Shown in pieces: positions 18,669-20,129 of a stretch of 20,129 nt of DNA. The stretch's first letter is position 1; every line of letters begins with the position of its first letter. A program made the position numbers and the translations under genes. Source of the DNA: a virus. Taxonomy: Duplodnaviria > Heunggongvirae > Uroviricota > Caudoviricetes. Under the pieces are notes generated by a model. That model ran no database searches. It was given only the letters and a program-made list of their open reading frames with translations, and was not told the origin of the DNA. Location: the IMG/VR virus record IMGVR_UViG_2534681762_000006; one strand, given 5' to 3'.

Positions 18669-19398
18669 AGCCAACAGCATCAGCGGTGCTGACTGAATCA
18701 TGGTGAACTCACGCGCCGGATCGCCGGTGGTCACCCAGTTTTTCGGGTAGCGGGCAGAGGCGTTAATACCTTCGCGCTGTGCGTCCGCATCCTGAATGCA
18801 GCCATAGGTGCGCAGACCGCGTGCCTGAGTGTTCCCCAGCACCATCGTGTTGTCCGGCAGGAAGTTCTTTTTGACGTCGTTTTCCACGTACTGTCCGGAA
18901 TACACGACGATCGCCGTATCGCCATACATCCCCTTATAGGACACCGCTTCGCCCAGGTCTTTTACCGCTGTCTCCAGCTCGGAATTAGAGCCGCGACGGG
19001 TATCCAGCTTCTCCTTGACGGCTTTGAAGGAACGGAACAGCGCCCAGCCTTTCGGATCAAACACGATGATATTCACCACGCCGCTGGCGTTCAGCGCGTA
19101 GGCTTCGATATCGTCGGTCGGGTCATACGTGGACTTGTCACGCTTGCTCCACTCCGTGCCGCCGGACTGCGTGATGTTGTTCGCCGCACTGCGGCCCATA
19201 TCCACCTCAACCGGATCGAAGGCTTCACCGGTCATGGTGTATTTGCCCTTGAGCACGGCAGAAACTGCCTGCATCTCTTCGACCTGAGCAATGGCCAGCT
19301 CTTCGTCACGCATGTTCTGCAGGATGATGCGACGGCGGCGGTAAGCCGGGTCCGCCAGATTCTGCGGATCTTCATCCGGCAGGCGACGCAGGGTCATC
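18661..19398 (-). pseudogene. E: major capsid protein E, internal fragment (about codons 91-333 of 341), bounded on both sides by IS66 ends
   Basis: ORF 18657..19397 translates to MTLRRLPDEDPQNLADPAYRRRRIILQNMRDEELAIAQVEEMQAVSAVLKGKYTMTGEAFDPVEVDMGRS...MIQSAPLMLLADP, matching lambda gpE from an internal Met. The terminal Glu and TAA stop are created at the IS junction. Confidence 0.88.
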
Positions 19399-20129
19399 GT
19401 AAGCGACTCGTCAGAACCGTATTGATATTTACTGAGAGCTCAGATCAACTTTCCAGGGCAACAGATCGCGTACCCGGTTTGCCGGCCAGTCCTGGATATG
19501 TTCAATGACGTAACGCAGCCACTTTTCTGGCTCCACATTGTTCAGACGGCATGTGCCGATCAGCGAGTACAACACCGCCGCATGTTCACCACCGCTGTCG
19601 GAACCCGCGAACATCCAGTTTTTCCGGCCTACGGCCACTCCCCGTAAGGCGTTCTCTGCGATGTTGTTGTCGATTTCCACCCAGCCATTACTGCAGTACA
19701 CGTTCAGTGCATCCCACTGTTTCAGCAGGTATGCGAACGCTTTTGCCGTATCTGAGTGACGCGACAGTGTTTTCATCTGTTGCTGTATCCAGTCATACAG
19801 TGACTGCATCAGTGGCGCGGCTCTGGCTTTTCTTGCCGCCAGACGCTGTTCTGCTGAACAGCACCGGACCTCTGCCTCGATGGCATACAGTTCACCGATA
19901 CGCTGCAGGGCTTCCGTGGTGATGTAGGTGGGCGCTCTTGCATGCACATCGTGGATTTTTCTCCGGGCATGAGCCATACACGCGGCTTCCGTTATTCTGC
20001 CGGATTCGTATAACGCCCGGTAACCACCGTAAGCATCGGCCTGAAGCACACCGCTGTAACCGGCCAGGTGATTTTGTGGATGGATACCTTTCCGGTCCGG
20101 ACTGTACGCGAACCAGACCGCCGGGGGCA
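19399..20129 (-). mobile_element. second IS66-family copy in inverted orientation, partial (runs off the right edge); its right inverted repeat abuts E at 19399
   Basis: Plus strand at 19399 reads gtaagcgactcgtcagaaccgtattgatatttactgag, the reverse complement of the first copy's right end with 2 mismatches in 38. Internal sequence encodes the TnpC C-terminal half on the minus strand. Confidence 0.85.
19429..20129 (-). CDS. tnpC: IS66-family transposase TnpC, C-terminal portion (5-prime part lies beyond the window)
   Basis: ORF 19429..20049 ((M)[60 protein letters not shown]...KVDLSSQ); the frame stays open upstream to the window edge (...[27 protein letters not shown]). It shows several amino-acid differences from copy 1 (for example VPTDITT vs APTYITT, WEAL vs WDAL, NWLF vs NWMF). 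Confidence 0.85.
   Translation of the reverse strand, partial: PPAVWFAYSPDRKGIHPQNHLAGYSGVLQADAYGGYRALYESGRITEAACMAHARRKIHDVHARAPTYITTEALQRIGELYAIEAEVRCCSAEQRLAARKARAAPLMQSLYDWIQQQMKTLSRHSDTAKAFAYLLKQWDALNVYCSNGWVEIDNNIAENALRGVAVGRKNWMFAGSDSGGEHAAVLYSLIGTCRLNNVEPEKWLRYVIEHIQDWPANRVRDLLPWKVDLSSQ

Overview
This window is the late (tail morphogenesis) region of a lambda-like prophage, read right-to-left, with every phage gene on the minus strand. From high to low coordinates the order is: E major capsid fragment, FI, FII, Z, U, V, G/G-T, H, M, L, K, I, J, lom, stf, and the start of tfa. Identification rests on reading the supplied ORF translations against remembered lambda proteins and on gene lengths and overlaps matching the lambda layout; no database search was possible. 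The module is defective in several independent ways. The tape-measure gene H carries an in-frame TAG, tail-tip gene I is split by a 1-nt frameshift in a C5/G5 run, and host-specificity gene J carries an in-frame TGA. The capsid gene E is cut twice by IS66-family elements: a complete copy (15573..18660) with a perfect 8-bp target-site duplication, and a second inverted copy running off the right edge. The complete IS copy also contains a ~380-bp tandem duplication of its right end that frameshifts its own transposase. The lom moron and the side tail fibre gene stf appear intact. I found no RNA genes and no CRISPR array, and saw no candidate for a novel system (such as a defence system); the interest here is the pattern of decay and the IS architecture.
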